DNA from: Nitrospirota bacterium
GTDB taxonomy: Bacteria; Nitrospirota; UBA9217
Assembly (NCBI GenBank): GCA_035516965.1
Contig: DATIZR010000061.1
Coordinates: forward strand, 77,557-141,556
Length of the DNA: 64,000 bases
Direction: 5' to 3'
Both the position numbers and the translations under genes were made by a program. Below, piece after piece: positions 9,341-19,034 of the stretch (its first letter is position 1; each line of letters opens with the position of its first letter). The notes beneath the pieces are model-generated. The model made no database searches. It was not told where the DNA came from and saw only the letters and a list, made by a program, of their open reading frames with translations.

Positions 9341-10170
9341 AGAACCGCCGATACGATCTCCTTCAGTGTTTTCTGGATCTCCTGATCGTCGGTGATAGGC
9401 TTGATCAGGGCAACCTCGCAGGCGCGTCTGGGTTCCACCCCGCGGGTGACCAGCACGCCGGCATAGATCAGCAGACGCGTGCTCACACCCTCGTCGAGCC
9501 CTCGGTCCTTGAGCCCGCGGAACTTTTCCGCGATCTTCCTGAGTTCGGATGCCGTCTTGTGATCGACCCCGCTCTCGTGCACCACGATCTCCTGCTCCAG
9601 GCTGGCGGACGGATAGTCGAATTCCAGCGTGATGAACCGCTGCTTGGTGCTCTGCTTCAGGTCTTTAAGCACGGTCTGATAACCGGGGTTATAGGAGATG
9701 GCCAGCATGAACGAGTCAGACGCCTCAAGGATCTGCCCTCGCTTTTCAAGGGGCAGCACCCGGCGGTCGTCCGTCAGGGGATGGATGACCACGGTGGTGT
9801 CCTTCCTTGCCTCGACGATCTCATCGAGGTAGCAGATGCCGCCGTGGCGGACCGCAAGGGTAAGGGGGCCGTCCTGCCAGCGCGTCGATCCGCCGTCGAG
9901 CAGGTATCTGCCCACCAGGTCGCTTGCGGTAAGGTCTTCGTGGCAGGCGATCGTGATGAGCGGCTGCCCGACCTTGTATGCCATGTAGGACAGGAACCGC
10001 GTCTTGCCGCAGCCCGTCGGTCCTTTCAGCATGAGCGGCAGCCGGTTCTCATAGGCGATCCGGAAAAGCTCCACCTCGTCCTGTATGGGCAGGTAGAAGG
10101 GCTCTTGGGTGATCTTGTAGTCCTGCATGCTCTTTTCCGTCGCATGTGTCGTCATCATTGATTCTTGCAT
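9337..10170 (-). CDS. CbbQ/NirQ/NorQ/GvpN family AAA+ (MoxR) ATPase
   Basis: Walker [25 protein letters not shown] motif, strong family-level match to CbbQ. Confidence 0.9.
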   Translation of the reverse strand: MQESMMTTHATEKSMQDYKITQEPFYLPIQDEVELFRIAYENRLPLMLKGPTGCGKTRFLSYMAYKVGQPLITIACHEDLTASDLVGRYLLDGGSTRWQDGPLTLAVRHGGICYLDEIVEARKDTTVVIHPLTDDRRVLPLEKRGQILEASDSFMLAISYNPGYQTVLKDLKQSTKQRFITLEFDYPSASLEQEIVVHESGVDHKTASELRKIAEKFRGLKDRGLDEGVSTRLLIYAGVLVTRGVEPRRACEVALIKPITDDQEIQKTLKEIVSAVL

Positions 10171-10189
10171 ATCCCCGCCTCCCCTTCGC

Positions 10190-10618
10190 TCACTGATTCT
10201 TCTCTTTCGCCTGATCCCGGTTCAGGCCGTACTGTACCTGGACCGCCTCGATCGCCTGTTCCGAAGCCTTCCTGATGGACTCTTCGGAAAGACCGTAAAT
10301 AACCGCATTCATCACCAGCCGGAAGCGCTTCGTTTTATTGCCGTCCCGCCCCGCGACCATGATCTCTCCGTTGCCGCCGACCGTATCGGCGTGAAGGAAC
10401 CCGGAGGAATGCTCTATGAACGCCTTTACGTGACTGACGTCCTTTGCTCCCGCTGCCTCGCACCCCGAGGCCGTCAGATGTACCGCGTCGCAGGCAAGGG
10501 ACCTGAGTTCTGCGGGATCGAGGCCCTCAGGGGATGAGAAGACCCTTTCCAGGCTGTGGCTGTTGATGTCCTGATGGGCCGGATTCTCAGGCTCGGCAAA
10601 TTGAACCTTGAGTTTCAT
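10190..10618 (-). CDS. hypothetical protein (142 aa)
   Basis: ORF translationally coupled (4-nt overlap) to the upstream CobW-like gene; no confident family call. Confidence 0.5.
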   Translation of the reverse strand: MKLKVQFAEPENPAHQDINSHSLERVFSSPEGLDPAELRSLACDAVHLTASGCEAAGAKDVSHVKAFIEHSSGFLHADTVGGNGEIMVAGRDGNKTKRFRLVMNAVIYGLSEESIRKASEQAIEAVQVQYGLNRDQAKEKNQ

Positions 10619-11232
10619 GTCGTCACCGTAGCGCTCTGGATCCGGCCGGCAAGAGATGACAACCCTTCTCCCGTGACGGTCGAGATCCGGACGACCTCAG
10701 CTCCCTGATTGATCTCGCGCACAGCTCGCGAAGCCGCTTCGAGCTCCTCTGCCGTCACCAGGTCGGATTTGCTCAGCCCGATGATGGTTGCGTCCTTTAT
10801 CTGGAGCGACACCAGGCGCTTGAGCGTATCGTAGGTCAGGAGCTTCGCGGCCCGGGACGTGTCGAACAGGACAATGGTGTGGCCCATCTCCACCGGGTTC
10901 TTCCGCGCCGACAAAAGCACGGTCTGGCGGATCGCGTCAGGGACGGCTATGCCCGTGGGCTCGATGATGACGACGTCGGGACGTACGTTAGCGGCGAGGG
11001 TCTCCAGGGTCTTCATGAGGTTTCCCGCTACCTGGCAGCAGATGCATCCGCCCCCGATGTCCTTGACCGTCAAACCGTATTCCTGCATGACCGCCCCGTC
11101 CACGGGCACAACACCCACATCATTCACCAGGATGGCGATTTTCGCCCCGCCTCCGGCCAGCTTTTTGCTCAGCGCGATGATGAGCGTTGTCTTCCCCGAG
11201 CCGAGATATCCGGCTATCAACACGATCTTCAT
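10615..11232 (-). CDS. CobW/HypB/UreG (G3E) family GTPase, probable metallochaperone
   Basis: P-loop GYLGSGKTT and the G3E metal-binding GGCICC motif. Confidence 0.85.
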   Translation of the reverse strand: MKIVLIAGYLGSGKTTLIIALSKKLAGGGAKIAILVNDVGVVPVDGAVMQEYGLTVKDIGGGCICCQVAGNLMKTLETLAANVRPDVVIIEPTGIAVPDAIRQTVLLSARKNPVEMGHTIVLFDTSRAAKLLTYDTLKRLVSLQIKDATIIGLSKSDLVTAEELEAASRAVREINQGAEVVRISTVTGEGLSSLAGRIQSATVTT

Positions 11233-11248
11233 GGTTCGGCAGCCGCCT

Positions 11249-12265
11249 CTACACCTTGGTCAAGGCCTTCATCAGGGCTTCCATGTTCTCCCGCGGCACT
11301 TCAGGCCAGAGATCGCAGCCGGGCCAGACCGCGTTCGCCCCACCCTTGAGGGAGTCGAGCGCCGCCGGGCCCACGTCCTTGGCCGCGCCCTTGTGGAGGA
11401 CCTTTATGGGATCGAAATTGCCGAGGATGAGGGCCCCGGCGCCGAGCTTCTGGCGCGTTTCAGCAATGCAGTTCTTTTGGTCAACGCTCACCGCGTCCGC
11501 TCCGCATTCGAACATATCCGTGATGATGGCATTCGTATCGCCACAGATGTGCAGGATGCTCGGTCGCGGCATTTCTGCCAGGATCCGGGTGAGATGGGGC
11601 TTGATCAGGCTCTTGAAGCTCCGCGGGCTCATCACATCCGAGGTTCCGCCCATTTCCCGAAGCGTAAAATAGTCAGCCCCGGCCTCCTGGTATACTTTGA
11701 AGACCTCCACGATGAAACCCGAGATCTTTTCCAGGAGTTTGGCCGTCTTTTCCGGTTCGAGAAAGGACTCCTCGAACAACACGTCGAGCTCTTTTATCTG
11801 GCCCGCAAGGGTAAAGGGGCCGAGGACATAGGTACCGATCGCAACGTCGTTCCCAAGCTCCCTTCTCAAGGCCTTGATGGCCTTGACCACCACGGGGATC
11901 CTCCCGGCGTTCCTGATGTCGGTGGGGATCTTGAGGTCGTCGGCGCTGGTAACGACTTTCTCCTTGACCGTGGGATAGAGGAGTCCTTCAACTTCATCAT
12001 AGAAGTTCATCTTCGATCCCAGCGCTTCAGCCTCCACGCCGAGGTCAAAGGGCACCACCGCGCATTCGAAGCCGAATTCCCGGTACATGCCGCCTGCCGC
12101 CCTGGCCATGAGCTCCGGGTCCCGGTGAACCTTTGAAAAAACTATTCCATTTTTGTCCAGGACCGGCTTGATGACATTCCCCATCCCGCTGAATATGGGC
12201 GGACGGTCAACCTTTTCTCCTTTGAGAAATTTCATAACCCGCTCTTTTGCCGTCAATGACGCCAT
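11249..12265 (-). CDS. uroporphyrinogen decarboxylase (URO-D) family methyltransferase (second paralog)
   Basis: 338 aa URO-D/MtaA-like fold; preceded by the conserved palindromic promoter module at 12373-12394. Confidence 0.85.
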   Translation of the reverse strand: MASLTAKERVMKFLKGEKVDRPPIFSGMGNVIKPVLDKNGIVFSKVHRDPELMARAAGGMYREFGFECAVVPFDLGVEAEALGSKMNFYDEVEGLLYPTVKEKVVTSADDLKIPTDIRNAGRIPVVVKAIKALRRELGNDVAIGTYVLGPFTLAGQIKELDVLFEESFLEPEKTAKLLEKISGFIVEVFKVYQEAGADYFTLREMGGTSDVMSPRSFKSLIKPHLTRILAEMPRPSILHICGDTNAIITDMFECGADAVSVDQKNCIAETRQKLGAGALILGNFDPIKVLHKGAAKDVGPAALDSLKGGANAVWPGCDLWPEVPRENMEALMKALTKV

Positions 12266-12372
12266 AACTTCTCCTTTCGCCTCTCGCGCCGATGCCCCGG
12301 TTGCTCCGCAAGCGTCGGCATTTGTTTTCTATTTTTTTTGATGTATGCATACTTCCATGATCGCCGTAAATC

Positions 12373-12394
12373 GTCAATCGGGGAAACCCTGATT
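12373..12394 (-). promoter_or_regulatory. 22-bp palindromic operator-like motif GTCAATCGGGGAAACCCTGATT overlapping a TTGAC -35 element, upstream of the URO-D methyltransferase gene
   Basis: Identical 22-mer also at 15177-15198 upstream of cooS. In gene orientation it reads AATCAGGGTTTCCCCGATTGAC-N17/18-AGTATG, i.e. a dyad centred about -43 (class II activator position) fused to a -35/-10-like pair. Confidence 0.5.
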
Positions 12395-12574
12395 CTCCAG
12401 AATAAAATACCTTAGCCATCCTATTTCGGCTCTCTCATCCGTGTAAGACTTCAGGATGACGAATACAAGGGTAACAGGATAAAAGTGATAGAATAAAATC
12501 GTACAAAAGTAACCTATCAATCGACAACACTCTGCGTTTTATAGAGATAACTCGCTCCTTCCGCTTTTGCCGAA

Positions 12575-13165
12575 TCACAGGTTCTTGATAAGGTCGAGAA
12601 AATGGTCAAGGGTAATGGACATCCGCTCCACAGGCAAGCCGGTAAACACGCTGAACCTTTGCACCTTTATCTCGTCGAGGGGGATAACGCCCGTATCAAA
12701 CACGAGAATCCGTTTGTAGTGTTCGAACATTGACCGGAAATTAAAATCAAAATCTTTTTTCCCCGCTTCGAACATCTTTTCCCAGTTATTGATCCACCCC
12801 GCGGAAAGAAAAAAACTGATTGCCTCGTTGTTGAGACGCGCTACCTCCTCCCGTCCCACAAAGGCCTCGAGACAGTTTCCTGCAGCCAGTTTCTTGGCCC
12901 CGTATCGTTCCAGAATATCCATGATGTCGGGGTGGCAATGTCCGTAAAGAACCTTCATGGTGACCCCCTCTGCCCGGTTTTTTTCCAATGCATCAACCAG
13001 GTTCGCCTTCAATCTGTCGAAGTTCACATGAAGGGCGGCATCAAGGAAGATGACCCGGTGCGGAAATTTATTTTCCCTGATCAAATATTCAATTTCTTCC
13101 TTGAATATTCCGCAGCTGATAAAGATGACGGGGTCCTTTTGCATGATTTCAACCTTTCTCCGCAC
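12575..13165 (-). CDS. DUF1638 domain protein
   Basis: 196 aa; family typically encoded next to corrinoid methyltransferase systems. Confidence 0.7.
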   Translation of the reverse strand: MRRKVEIMQKDPVIFISCGIFKEEIEYLIRENKFPHRVIFLDAALHVNFDRLKANLVDALEKNRAEGVTMKVLYGHCHPDIMDILERYGAKKLAAGNCLEAFVGREEVARLNNEAISFFLSAGWINNWEKMFEAGKKDFDFNFRSMFEHYKRILVFDTGVIPLDEIKVQRFSVFTGLPVERMSITLDHFLDLIKNL

Positions 13166-13194
13166 GGCAGGCTGAGCGTATCACTCAGGCGAGC

Positions 13195-15114
13195 CTATAC
13201 ATCAAAGGCGATCTCCCTCCGTTTTGCCAGGATATGTTCTTCGATCTCTTGAGCTGCCTTGACCGAATCGTCTTGCAGGAGCATTCTGCCGCCGGTAACA
13301 TCGACCATATCTTCGGTGAGGTATTTTTTCACGAGGGGACTGCCGCCGATCATCGGCTCAGGTGAAACATACGTCAGGAGTCCGTAAGCAAGGGCGGTAA
13401 AGATGTCGGCGATCGCCTTTTGCTCCATGTACTCGGGCACGGCCGCGGCTACGGGCAACTGGCTGGTGTCGCAGCCGATGGTCCAGGCGAGCGCCGCCAC
13501 GGTGTCAAGGATCTTACCCACGTCGGTGCAGGAGCCATAAGACACGATCGGAGGCACGTCGTATTTTTCACAGACCGACCTGAGTTTCCTGCCTGCTTTT
13601 TTTGCCATCTCTTTTGTCGACATACAGAGGTTCTGGTGCGTAGAGGAGCAGCATCCGGCCCCGATAACCATGATATCGCGCTTAATGAGTTCCAGCGTCA
13701 GCGTCTCTATCGAGCGGCCTCCCTGCTCATGCCGGGCGTTCGTGCATCCGGCGACGGCCACCGCGCCCTTGATGTTCCCCTTCTTCAGCTCATCGATGTA
13801 CGTGTTGATATTGTTCCCGAACATGGTGAGCACTGTCTCGGTCGTGTAGCCCGCGATGCACTGCGTTCCCTTCGCGCTCTTCGGGATATTGACGATTCTC
13901 TTTTTGTCCGCCTTCCTCGCTTTGAACTGTACCATGGCCGCATGGAGGATATGATCGGCCTGCTCGTCGGCTTGAGCGGGGTCGAAATCAACCGCATCCA
14001 CGCCGGGAAAGCGCACGACGGGGTCGGTGCTGATCAGCCTTGTTCCATATTTGTCAGCATAGTCCTTCAGAGTCGGCACGGAACAGTTCAGGTCCATGAG
14101 AAAGAGATCGATCAGCCCGGTGGCGATAAAGAGCTCTTCCTGTATCCAGTTCCCCAACTGCCCTCCGAAGATCTCCCGGTAATGGCCTTTACCCGAAACG
14201 TTCATGAGCTGCTGGCCCTCGCAGAGAGATCCGTAGAGTTTGATGCCCTTTGCCCCTGCATCCCGGGCGGCGGTCTGGAACGCTTTTCCTGCGGCTTTTT
14301 CCATGATGTGTCCGGCGAAGACCGGCTGGTGGCCGTTGGATACGATGTTCACCGTCTCCGGATCGAGACAGCCGACGTTCGACGAACCATTGACCAGTTC
14401 AGGCGTGCCGAGCAGAATATCCTGGATGACCGTGATCCCCCAGAGGCCGACGTATTCGTTTGCAAGACCGAGTCTCAATGCGCTCTGCATCAGATCGACA
14501 GGGTCATTGCTGACATTGGTCATGCACTTGGTGAGCGCGGTCAGGATCTCCGAACTCGGCCCGCCTGCGTAGAGGCCCTTTGCTTTCCAGAGTTCCCTTC
14601 TCTTGTCGACGGCAAAAAGGTCCATGAGCGTCATGGGCTCGTCACCCTGTTTGCCTATCTCGCGGAGGATGAAATCGGCGAACTGTGTCGCGAGCTCATG
14701 CACCGGCCGGGTGTGGTCCCAGCCAAGCCCCTGGCACATCCTCTGGAGTTTGCCTTCGTCCCTGAGCTTCAAGGGGGACTTCCCTTCGCCTATTGCCTTG
14801 AGCGTAGTAGCGAGATTGCGGCACTGGTAGGTGTTCGCAGCAGTGCCGATCGCCGCAAGTTTGAGCAGGTTGCGGGCGACAATGACATCGCCGCTTGCGC
14901 CGCACACTCCGAGCGGAGCCTTGCTCGTGATCCTGCAGGGGCCGTCGGAGCATAACTGGCAGCTGAGCCCTTTCTTGCAGGTGCCGCATTGGGGTTGCTG
15001 GGATTCGAACCGCTCGAAGACGGTGCTCATGCCCTGACTGACAGCGGCCTGATGCAGTTCGTGGCTTTGCTTGTCCTGATGACTTTTCTTCACAACGGTG
15101 ATTTTCGTCTGCAT
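13195..15114 (-). CDS. cooS: anaerobic Ni-dependent carbon monoxide dehydrogenase catalytic subunit CooS
   Basis: 639 aa; N-terminal QPQCGTCKKGLSCQLCSDGPCRI (B/D-cluster Cys pattern of Ni-CODH); size and conserved Cys/His positions fit CooS rather than the shorter hybrid-cluster protein. Confidence 0.85.
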   Translation of the reverse strand: MQTKITVVKKSHQDKQSHELHQAAVSQGMSTVFERFESQQPQCGTCKKGLSCQLCSDGPCRITSKAPLGVCGASGDVIVARNLLKLAAIGTAANTYQCRNLATTLKAIGEGKSPLKLRDEGKLQRMCQGLGWDHTRPVHELATQFADFILREIGKQGDEPMTLMDLFAVDKRRELWKAKGLYAGGPSSEILTALTKCMTNVSNDPVDLMQSALRLGLANEYVGLWGITVIQDILLGTPELVNGSSNVGCLDPETVNIVSNGHQPVFAGHIMEKAAGKAFQTAARDAGAKGIKLYGSLCEGQQLMNVSGKGHYREIFGGQLGNWIQEELFIATGLIDLFLMDLNCSVPTLKDYADKYGTRLISTDPVVRFPGVDAVDFDPAQADEQADHILHAAMVQFKARKADKKRIVNIPKSAKGTQCIAGYTTETVLTMFGNNINTYIDELKKGNIKGAVAVAGCTNARHEQGGRSIETLTLELIKRDIMVIGAGCCSSTHQNLCMSTKEMAKKAGRKLRSVCEKYDVPPIVSYGSCTDVGKILDTVAALAWTIGCDTSQLPVAAAVPEYMEQKAIADIFTALAYGLLTYVSPEPMIGGSPLVKKYLTEDMVDVTGGRMLLQDDSVKAAQEIEEHILAKRREIAFDV

Positions 15115-15176
15115 GGTCTCCCCTTTCCCGCATACCCCTGTTTGTTGTATTCATACTGGCACGAGGCCGCAACCGG

Positions 15177-15198
15177 GTCAATCGGGGAAACCCTGATT
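15177..15198 (-). promoter_or_regulatory. second copy of the 22-bp palindromic motif plus TTGAC/AGTATG promoter-like elements, 62 nt upstream of cooS
   Basis: Exact 22/22 identity to 12373-12394, with conserved spacing to a downstream AGTATG. Confidence 0.5.
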
Positions 15199-15431
15199 TA
15201 GCCCCATGAAATGCCTGATACAGGCGCGAAACTCCTGCTGCAGGACCCGTGAACGACGCTGCGCCGTGTTCAGCTGATCGCCAGGGCCGGGGCAGTCGGC
15301 AAAAATGGTTCTGTGCTTTATTGCAGGGCCTTCCGGAGGATGAGGCGTACGTCAATGAGGGGGCATCGTTACAAGGGTCGACAGAAAAAGGGCTGGTGCA
15401 GGGCGGAGGTCGTTTTCCTGTTCATGAGTGA

Positions 15432-16079
15432 TCAAAGGGATGTTAATCCCTCGCGGATCGCGTATTTCGTCAATTCAGCGACGGTATGGATATTGAGCTT
15501 TTCCATGACTTTCATCCGGTGCGTTTCGATGGTCTTGATGCTCAGGTGCAGCTGAAAAGCTATTTCCTTGGAGGTCTTTCCTTCAGCCATGAGCTGGAGC
15601 ACCTCCCGCTCCCGGTCGGTTAAATGGGAGAAAACGCTCGGTTCTGATTTCGATGAGTTTCGCACGAAATGGTCCACGACCACTCCTGAGATGCAGGGGC
15701 TGAGATAGGTCTGGTTCTTCAGCACCGTCTTGATGGCGGCGAGCAGTTCGTCGACCGCGCATTGCTTGAGAAGGTAGGCCGTTGCCCCCGCCTTGAGCAT
15801 TTCCGATACGAAATGCCGGTCGGAATGCATGGAGAGCGCGATCACTTTGACACCGGGACGGTCTGCGACGATCTGGCGGGTGGCTTCGATGCCGTTCATG
15901 TCGGGCATGGCAATGTCCATGACGACGACGTCGGGCGACAATTTCTTCGCAAGGCGGACTGCTTCCCTGCCGTCCTCGGCTTCGCCGACCACCGCGAGCT
16001 CCGCATTCTGTTCGAGCACCATGCGCAGACCCCCGCGCATCATGACGTGATCGTCTGCGAGAAGTACCTTGATTTTCAT
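15432..16079 (-). CDS. LuxR/NarL-family response regulator (REC + HTH_LuxR)
   Basis: Receiver motifs LLADDH, VVVMDIAMP, KVIALS; C-terminal LuxR HTH (LTDREREVLQLMAEGKTSKEIA). Confidence 0.9.
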   Translation of the reverse strand: MKIKVLLADDHVMMRGGLRMVLEQNAELAVVGEAEDGREAVRLAKKLSPDVVVMDIAMPDMNGIEATRQIVADRPGVKVIALSMHSDRHFVSEMLKAGATAYLLKQCAVDELLAAIKTVLKNQTYLSPCISGVVVDHFVRNSSKSEPSVFSHLTDREREVLQLMAEGKTSKEIAFQLHLSIKTIETHRMKVMEKLNIHTVAELTKYAIREGLTSL

Positions 16080-18436
16080 TCCCTGACAGCCTCCGCGTTT
16101 TCTTCCCGGTCGAGGGGCGAGGTCACCGTCACCCGAGTGCCCCGGCCGGGCCCGGTATCGATCGAGAGGGAGCCCCCGAGGTACTTCAACCGCTCCCGTA
16201 TGCTGAAGAACCCGAAGGTCAGGTCCGTGTCGATCTTCGAAGCATCGAACCCGATGCCGTCGTCTTCGACGACGATTTTTATGGCGCCGGCCTCCCGGCT
16301 TATGCCGACATTCACTTGGTGCGCCTGGGAGTGCTTCACAATGTTCATGAACAGCTCACGCACGGTCTGGAACAGAAGAATGCTGACATCTCTCTTCAAC
16401 GGCTTGGGGCTGCCGTCATTTTCACAGTAGAATAGAATGTAATGCTGTTTCTGCATCTGCTCCGCGAGCCATTCAATCGTCGCTTCAATGCCAATATCAT
16501 ACAGCAGCGGCGGACTCAGCTCGAAGGACAATGATTTCGTGTAACTGATCGATTGATCGATGAGTTCTACGATGCCGCCGACGGCCTCCTCGTGGGCGTT
16601 CCCGGACAGCGTATTTCTGAGGACCCCGAGCTTGATCCTGGTCAGGGCGAGCATTTGTCCGATATTGTCGTGAAGGTCCATGGCAATTCGCCTTCTTTCC
16701 TTCTCTTCGGCGAGCAGCAGCTCCGAGGCCAGGAGCCTCAGCTGCTCCTGGTAGGCGTGGAACTGCTCTTCGGTCTTCTTCCGCTCGGTAATGTCACGCT
16801 GGACCGAGACAAAGTGGGTTACCTTTCCCCGTTCGTCCCGCAGGGGGGTGATCTGCCACTCCATATTGAACTGCGTGCCGTCTTTCCGTGTGGCCACCGT
16901 CTCGATATAAAAGGCCTTGCTCTGGGATGTGCCTGTCTCCAGTTTATTCCACTGGGTGCTGTCGGTGAGCGGCCCCTGGAGAAGCGAAAGCTTGCCGGTC
17001 ACTTCCTCCGCCGCATATCCCGTCATCTTGGTAAAAGCCGGATTCACGAAGACAACTCGCGACGCGGAGCGCACGGGGGTTGCTGTTGTGATGACGACCG
17101 CGTCTCCCGCCTGCTGGATCGCCGATTCGGTCAGGCGCAGCTTCTCTTCGGCCTTTTTCCGCTCCGTGATGTTATTGAAGAAGGCGAGCGTGGCGGGCCT
17201 TCCCATCCACGTGATCAGGACCGAGTTGATCTCCAGCCATTTGGTATTCCCTTCGCCGTCCAGAACCCGGCAGGAATAATAGGGAGAAACGCTGTCCCCC
17301 TTGATCCTCTTCAGGTGCCGCTCCATCACCATCTCCCGGTCGTCGGGATGAATGAAATCGGTAAAGGGACGAGAGGTCAGTTCTTCCTTCGAATGTCCCC
17401 AGATCTTTACCGCCTTGGGGTTCACGTACCGGAAGAAATTATCCTGCGTGATCAAAATGCCCTCGTTCGCATACTCGACCACGAGCCGGTATTTCTCCTC
17501 TGATTTCCGGAGGCTCTGCTCCATCCATTTGCGCTCGGCGATTTCCTGCTGCAGCTCCTCGTTCGCGATGCTGAGCCGGGCGGTGCCGATCGTCACCCGC
17601 TCTTCCAGGTCGCTGCTCCACTTTTTTAAAAGCTCTTCGTGGTGTTTCTGCACGGTCACGTCGTTGCCGACGCAGAGGACCTCGGTCATGGTTCCGGAAT
17701 CATCGAAGAGTGCCGTGTTCGCCCAGGAAATCCAGGCGGTCTCGCCGTTCTTCCGGATATGTTCGAATTCAGCGCTTGCGTACAGCCCGGGAGCGGCCGC
17801 GATATCGTGCAGCATGGTCTCCATGTCGGGCCCGGGGTTTTCCGTTCTTTGCATGACGGTCCCCACGATGCTCTTCCCGACGAGCTCCTGCTCGCCGTAC
17901 CCGAAAAATCTCTGTGCAAAAGGATTGATGAAGGTGATGACGCCCTTGCCGTCCATCCGCAGGATGATGCTGTTGGCGCTTTCGACGAGGTGCTTATATT
18001 TGGCTTCGCTCTCCCTGAGCGCCTTCCGTGTCTGCTTCTCGTTCGTGATATCCTCTACCGTGCAGATCATGCCGTCGTACGACCCGTTCTTGATATTCGG
18101 GATCAGCCATCCCGACTGGTATGTCTGTTTTCCCGCCAAGGTGCGGATGGAAACCCCGGGATAATACACAGGCCGCAGCGTTGCCTGCGCCTCATCGTAG
18201 TAGGGCTTGAACTCCTGCGTTGCGTGCTCCGCGTTTTGCGGGAAGACCCTTGACCCGATCAGCTTCTGCTGCGTCACTCCGGCGATCATCTCCATTGCCT
18301 TGTTCGCGTAGTAGATGACGTCGTTCTTGTCCGCCACCCAGACGCCGGATGTGATCCCATCCATGATGCTCTCATACAGATGCTTGCTGATTTTGTCCCT
18401 TTTTCGCGGCCCTGCTTCTTTTACCAGTGGTCTCAT
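16076..18436 (-). CDS. multi-PAS sensor histidine kinase (HisKA_3/NarL-type kinase core)
   Basis: 786 aa; several PAS/PAC repeats followed by an HisKA_3 H-box (RRRIAMDLHDNIGQ) and an HATPase_c; 4-nt overlap with the cognate LuxR regulator. Confidence 0.85.
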   Translation of the reverse strand: MRPLVKEAGPRKRDKISKHLYESIMDGITSGVWVADKNDVIYYANKAMEMIAGVTQQKLIGSRVFPQNAEHATQEFKPYYDEAQATLRPVYYPGVSIRTLAGKQTYQSGWLIPNIKNGSYDGMICTVEDITNEKQTRKALRESEAKYKHLVESANSIILRMDGKGVITFINPFAQRFFGYGEQELVGKSIVGTVMQRTENPGPDMETMLHDIAAAPGLYASAEFEHIRKNGETAWISWANTALFDDSGTMTEVLCVGNDVTVQKHHEELLKKWSSDLEERVTIGTARLSIANEELQQEIAERKWMEQSLRKSEEKYRLVVEYANEGILITQDNFFRYVNPKAVKIWGHSKEELTSRPFTDFIHPDDREMVMERHLKRIKGDSVSPYYSCRVLDGEGNTKWLEINSVLITWMGRPATLAFFNNITERKKAEEKLRLTESAIQQAGDAVVITTATPVRSASRVVFVNPAFTKMTGYAAEEVTGKLSLLQGPLTDSTQWNKLETGTSQSKAFYIETVATRKDGTQFNMEWQITPLRDERGKVTHFVSVQRDITERKKTEEQFHAYQEQLRLLASELLLAEEKERRRIAMDLHDNIGQMLALTRIKLGVLRNTLSGNAHEEAVGGIVELIDQSISYTKSLSFELSPPLLYDIGIEATIEWLAEQMQKQHYILFYCENDGSPKPLKRDVSILLFQTVRELFMNIVKHSQAHQVNVGISREAGAIKIVVEDDGIGFDASKIDTDLTFGFFSIRERLKYLGGSLSIDTGPGRGTRVTVTSPLDREENAEAVRE

Positions 18437-18559
18437 TTTCCCTTCTCACTGAACCCGGTCTCGGTAATGGTGTGCACCTGCGCTCTACCAACGGCCAAAA
18501 TTCGTACCCGCCTGGCCGCTTCGAAGGTCGCTCCCGATGAACAGGAACGACAAATTACG

Positions 18560-18802
18560 TCACGCCCTGCTTCCCCTTTTCCCTGCCACGGCGGCAACAA
18601 TTTTCGAAAAAACAGGGAAACGACCCGCTGCGTGCGTGGGAAAAATCAGGTCATCATTGACCGTAACCTCGAAAGCGCCTCTATCAGAAGAGTGGATAAG
18701 CACGGGTTTGATGCCATTTTCCGCCTCGATCACCCTGGCAAGGCTGGCAGCGATCGGCCGGTAATTGCAGGTCCCGCAGCAGGTGATGGAAATCTGTCTC
18801 AT
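18560..18802 (-). CDS. SelW/Rdx family redox protein, second paralog (Cys form)
   Basis: 80 aa, MRQISITCCGTCNYRPIAA..., about 60% identical to the 1179-1415 product. Confidence 0.8.
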   Translation of the reverse strand: MRQISITCCGTCNYRPIAASLARVIEAENGIKPVLIHSSDRGAFEVTVNDDLIFPTHAAGRFPVFSKIVAAVAGKRGSRA

Positions 18803-19034
18803 GGTTTACGTTAACACTGCGCATGTTGCCTGTCAAGACAGCTTTCTGCCCCCCGATGAGAGCACTTATATCCTGCAGGGAAATGGGTAACGGGGAAGAC
18901 TGAGGGGTACTGATCAAATCAGGAGGGAGAACCCTGATCACGAGGGGATACCTGGATGACCACGGTTTACGAAAACAGGGTCTTTTCCCGGTGCTGAGCC
19001 GTGTGTTCGCGAAACGAACCTGTGGTTCCCTGGT

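Noticed and set aside
12266-12574. possible cobalamin riboswitch upstream of the corrinoid methyltransferase genes
   Set aside because: No B12-box (GCCACTG) or other conserved cobalamin-riboswitch elements found.
14995-15020. tRNA-like T-arm string gggattcgaacc
   Set aside because: Lies inside the cooS coding sequence with no acceptor/anticodon structure around it; coincidence.
13195-15114. alternative call of hybrid-cluster protein (Hcp) for the CooS ORF
   Set aside because: Length (639 aa) and the N-terminal GxC-C-x-C-xxGPCR Cys pattern fit Ni-CODH CooS; Hcp is shorter and has a CxxCx7Cx5C N-terminus.
15157-15173. sigma54-promoter-like TGGCAC-N5-CGCAA on the plus strand upstream of cooS region
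   Set aside because: -12 element is CGCA rather than TTGC and it points away from any plus-strand gene; the region's genes are on the minus strand. More likely part of the conserved promoter module read on the opposite strand.
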